Shown: one piece after another, positions 58,645-60,935 of the stretch | Position numbering within the stretch: the stretch's first letter is position 1 | How the letters are laid out: every line of letters starts with the position of its first letter | NCBI GenBank assembly: GCA_001771365.1 | Contig: METP01000040.1 | Span: 1 to 60,935 of the forward strand | Direction of reading: 5' to 3' | Length of the DNA: 60,935 nucleotides | Source of the DNA: a candidate division WOR-1 bacterium RIFCSPLOWO2_02_FULL_46_20 | GTDB lineage: Bacteria > Margulisbacteria > WOR-1 > O2-12-FULL-45-9 | Notes under the pieces: generated by a model | Databases searched by the model: none | The model's input: only the letters and a program-made list of their open reading frames with translations | What the model was told of the DNA's origin: nothing | Made by a program: the position numbers and the translations under genes

Positions 58645-59079
58645 TTACAGCTGGCGAATATCTTGAACGATTCCGTCCTTAACAATAATTTCAGCGCCGC
58701 CAACTTTTTTGTAAAGATTATCTCCAACCTCTACATTTACCGGACCTTCAAGCGGACCCTGGACGAATTCTGTTCCCAATTGTAATTTTTTTGCTTCTTC
58801 GATCTTCAGCATCAGATCAACTTTGGCTGCTGATTGTCTGTTTCTTTCATCTTCGATCTGGTGCTTAAAGGCAACGGCTTTTTGGTTTAGGCCTTTCTGT
58901 TTCAGGTTTTCCAACTGGGTTTTGCCCCTCTCTACCATTTGAGAAGCCTGGTTTTCAAGGTTGCCCACCGCTCTTTCTAATTCTTTTACCAGGTTCTGCC
59001 TGAAGGCTTCGGTCACAATCGCCTTGACCATAACTACTCTTTTTAATTCAACTGAATTGCTGCTCTGCTTTTCCGCCAT
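58645..59079 (-). CDS. YlqD-like protein
   Basis: Its position between the KH-protein gene and trmD matches Firmicute ylqD. It has a coiled-coil-rich centre. AAGGAGG lies 5 nt upstream of the ATG at 59079. Confidence 0.55.
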   Translation of the reverse strand: MAEKQSSNSVELKRVVMVKAIVTEAFRQNLVKELERAVGNLENQASQMVERGKTQLENLKQKGLNQKAVAFKHQIEDERNRQSAAKVDLMLKIEEAKKLQLGTEFVQGPLEGPVNVEVGDNLYKKVGGAEIIVKDGIVQDIRQL

Positions 59080-59326
59080 GATTTCCTCCTTTATCATCAC
59101 TTAAAATTTCGACTGAGACCCTTTTGTTTTGTTTGGCCGCCGCGGCATTAGTAATAGCTCTGATGGAATTGGCGATCCTGCCCTCACGCCCAATAACCTT
59201 GCCCACATCATCAGGGGCTGTCGTTATCTCCAGGAGGGTAACAGTTTCTCCAACAGTTTCCTTAACCATAACCTGTTCCGGCTTATCTACCAACGCTTTA
59301 GCCATATACTCAACTAGCTCTTTCAT
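59048..59326 (-). CDS. KH-domain RNA-binding protein (YlqC/UPF0109 family)
   Basis: GxxG loop in VGKVIGREGRIANSIR, located directly downstream of rpsP. Confidence 0.85.
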   Translation of the reverse strand: MKELVEYMAKALVDKPEQVMVKETVGETVTLLEITTAPDDVGKVIGREGRIANSIRAITNAAAAKQNKRVSVEILSDDKGGNHGGKAEQQFS

Positions 59327-59748
59327 GCTTTCTGCTCTTCCTGCCTCACCTCTTCTGGATTCATTTCGGCCTCTGGCGGCGCATCAACCGGCTTTTCTTC
59401 CTCGGCCGGCTTTTTTGTTTCGGCCGGTTTTGCACCTTCTTTCCCGGCTTCCGCTTTTAACTCTATCTTAGACTTCTTTTTTGGCAGTAAGGCTAGATTA
59501 ACCGGGGGTAAAATTCCTACTTTACCCAGGAGAAGCCTAACTTTATCAGTAGGTTTTGCTCCTTTTTTAATCCAGGCCAGGGTTTTTTCCTTATCCACAT
59601 CAAAAACCGATGGCTCCTTTAGAGGATTATAGGTACCTAAAATCTCAATGATACTGCTGGCGCTGGCGGCCGACTCATCTTGAACCACAACCCGGTAAAA
59701 GGGCTTGCTTTTTGCCCCTTTTCTCTGTAATTTAATTTTTGCTGCCAA
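59323..59748 (-). CDS. rpsP: 30S ribosomal protein S16 with a Lys/Glu/Ala/Pro-rich C-terminal extension
   Basis: MAAKIKLQRKGAKSKPFYRVVV...GTYNP core, followed by a ~55-aa low-complexity tail. Confidence 0.9.
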   Translation of the reverse strand: MAAKIKLQRKGAKSKPFYRVVVQDESAASASSIIEILGTYNPLKEPSVFDVDKEKTLAWIKKGAKPTDKVRLLLGKVGILPPVNLALLPKKKSKIELKAEAGKEGAKPAETKKPAEEEKPVDAPPEAEMNPEEVRQEEQKA

Positions 59749-59802
59749 AGTAATTTACTCCTTTCAGTTTATCTGTTGGTAATTATAGCAAATTTTGCTT
59801 GA

Positions 59803-60840
59803 TCAGGCAAGACGTGAGAGGTAATACTTATAAGAAGCCTTCAAATCCTCAACCGCGTCCCCACCAAACTTCTCAAGCAAGGCATTGGCAATTTCGAGCG
59901 CCGCGACCGCTTCACCAATCACCGCAGCCGGCTCAACGGCACAAACATCCGAACGCTCCACCAGCGCTTCGCACACCTTTTTAGAAACGAGATCAACTGA
60001 TTTAAGGGGTTTTTTTAGAGTGGCTATCGGTTTCATGGCTGCCCTAATAATTATTGGCTCGCCATTGGTCATACCGCCCTCCAGCCCTCCGGCATTGTTG
60101 GTGGCGCGATAATACCCTTTTCCTGGTGAATAAAAAATCTCGTCGTGGACTTTGGAGCCCGGGAGGCTGGCAACGCCAAAACCAAGGCCAATCTCAACCC
60201 CCTTAATTGCGGGGATCGCCATTACGGCCCGGGCCAGATTTCCGTCGAGACGCCTATCCCAATGAACATGGCTGCCCAAGCCTACCGGCGCACCGGTTAC
60301 TGTAATTTCAAAAATACCGCCAAGAGTATTGCCTTCTTCCGCAGCCCTATCAATAGCTTTTTTCCATTCTGTTTTGTTTTTCGCTTTACCAATTTGCAGG
60401 ACTTCGCTGAAAACATTGATTCTGAATTCCGCCAGCAACTTCTTGGCAATAGCCCCCACCGCTACCTTAACCGCAGTCTCCCTGGCGGAGGCCCGCTCAA
60501 GAATATTTCTAATGTCTTTCTGGTTATACTTAACCGCTCCGGCCAGATCGGCATGCCCGGGGCGGAGACGGGTAATTGTTTTATCAAAAAGTTCCGTGCT
60601 GCGATTGGTGATACGCAAGGCTATGGGGCTGCCAATGGTTTTACCGGCTCGAACTCCAGAGGTAATTTCAACTTTATCTTTTTCCAGCTTCATCCGTTTC
60701 CCACGGCCATAACCTTGCTGTCGTCTTTCAAGTTCTCGATTAATCTCTTCTTCTGAAAGGAGTAAATTAGCTGGACAGCCTTCAAGAATAGCCACCAAGG
60801 CTGGTCCGTGCGATTCACCGGCGGTGAGAAACCTTAACAT
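59803..60840 (-). CDS. aroC: Chorismate synthase
   Basis: [13 protein letters not shown] start, plus RPGHAD and GGMTNGEPI motifs. The tracked ORF extends 21 codons further upstream (60903). Confidence 0.92.
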   Translation of the reverse strand: MLRFLTAGESHGPALVAILEGCPANLLLSEEEINRELERRQQGYGRGKRMKLEKDKVEITSGVRAGKTIGSPIALRITNRSTELFDKTITRLRPGHADLAGAVKYNQKDIRNILERASARETAVKVAVGAIAKKLLAEFRINVFSEVLQIGKAKNKTEWKKAIDRAAEEGNTLGGIFEITVTGAPVGLGSHVHWDRRLDGNLARAVMAIPAIKGVEIGLGFGVASLPGSKVHDEIFYSPGKGYYRATNNAGGLEGGMTNGEPIIIRAAMKPIATLKKPLKSVDLVSKKVCEALVERSDVCAVEPAAVIGEAVAALEIANALLEKFGGDAVEDLKASYKYYLSRLA

Positions 60841-60935
60841 AGCAAGGCGATTATAGCACGCCGGAAAGAGCAATGGCAATAAATTCCCACACCAAAACCC
60901 CACCTGCTCAAGCGGGGCATTAGACCCCGCTCTTC

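Noticed and set aside
1-60935. A search for CRISPR arrays, rRNA genes, IS elements, transposases, integrases, reverse transcriptases or toxin-antitoxin pairs.
   Set aside because: I saw no regularly spaced direct repeats and no ORFs with the corresponding motifs. The only repeats found are the tRNA-end repeats, the intragenic fibre duplication and the short palindromes, all reported above.

Overview
Compact, gene-dense chromosomal window with about 65 CDS and 3 tRNAs. I found no rRNA, CRISPR array, transposase or integrase. It looks like an uncultivated diderm (outer-membrane-bearing) bacterium; the phylum cannot be fixed from sequence alone. Most genes are housekeeping: partial GTP-PEPCK, a pseudouridine synthase, rpoN plus two NtrC-type regulators, pilD, lipA, pdxA-rsmA, mdh plus a split class-I fumarase, ruvAC, H+-pyrophosphatase, cstA, a btuFCD-like ABC importer, ftsK, ackA, apbE, pyrB, aroC, and the rpsP-KH-ylqD-trmD-rplS-lepB-rnhB cluster. 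The unusual parts are listed in order of interest. (1) 26.6-33.8 kb holds a five-gene, translationally coupled envelope operon. It encodes a secreted tail-fibre-like protein with a self-cleaving S74 chaperone C-terminus, an IPT/TIG adhesin with a FlgD-Ig/T9SS-CTD-like C-terminus, a FadL/PorV-like barrel, a secreted 232-aa protein, and a TPR-TM-zinc-ribbon-AAA ATPase. A 1016-aa putative outer-membrane protein lies next to it. No phage, T9SS-core, secretin or exosortase genes are present, and this is my top candidate for an undescribed system. (2) 48.8-52.2 kb encodes a 1141-aa, highly divergent RelA/SpoT-like protein with a long N-terminal extension and substituted catalytic motifs. (3) 1.7-5.9 kb holds two small cassettes (membrane ORF + Fic; HD-domain protein + four-helix-bundle protein). 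They are bounded by imperfect ~125-nt direct repeats that each start with a copy of the 3' end of the adjacent initiator tRNA-Met, consistent with decayed tRNA-targeted islands. (4) The second NtrC-like regulator has degenerate ATPase motifs and lacks a GAFTGA loop. (5) TrmD is fused to a second SPOUT domain. (6) TATAAT boxes recur 6-9 nt upstream of start codons, which suggests leaderless mRNAs. (7) A small family of CCCCA...TGGGG intergenic palindromes is present. All functional calls come from motif recognition by eye; no database search was run.
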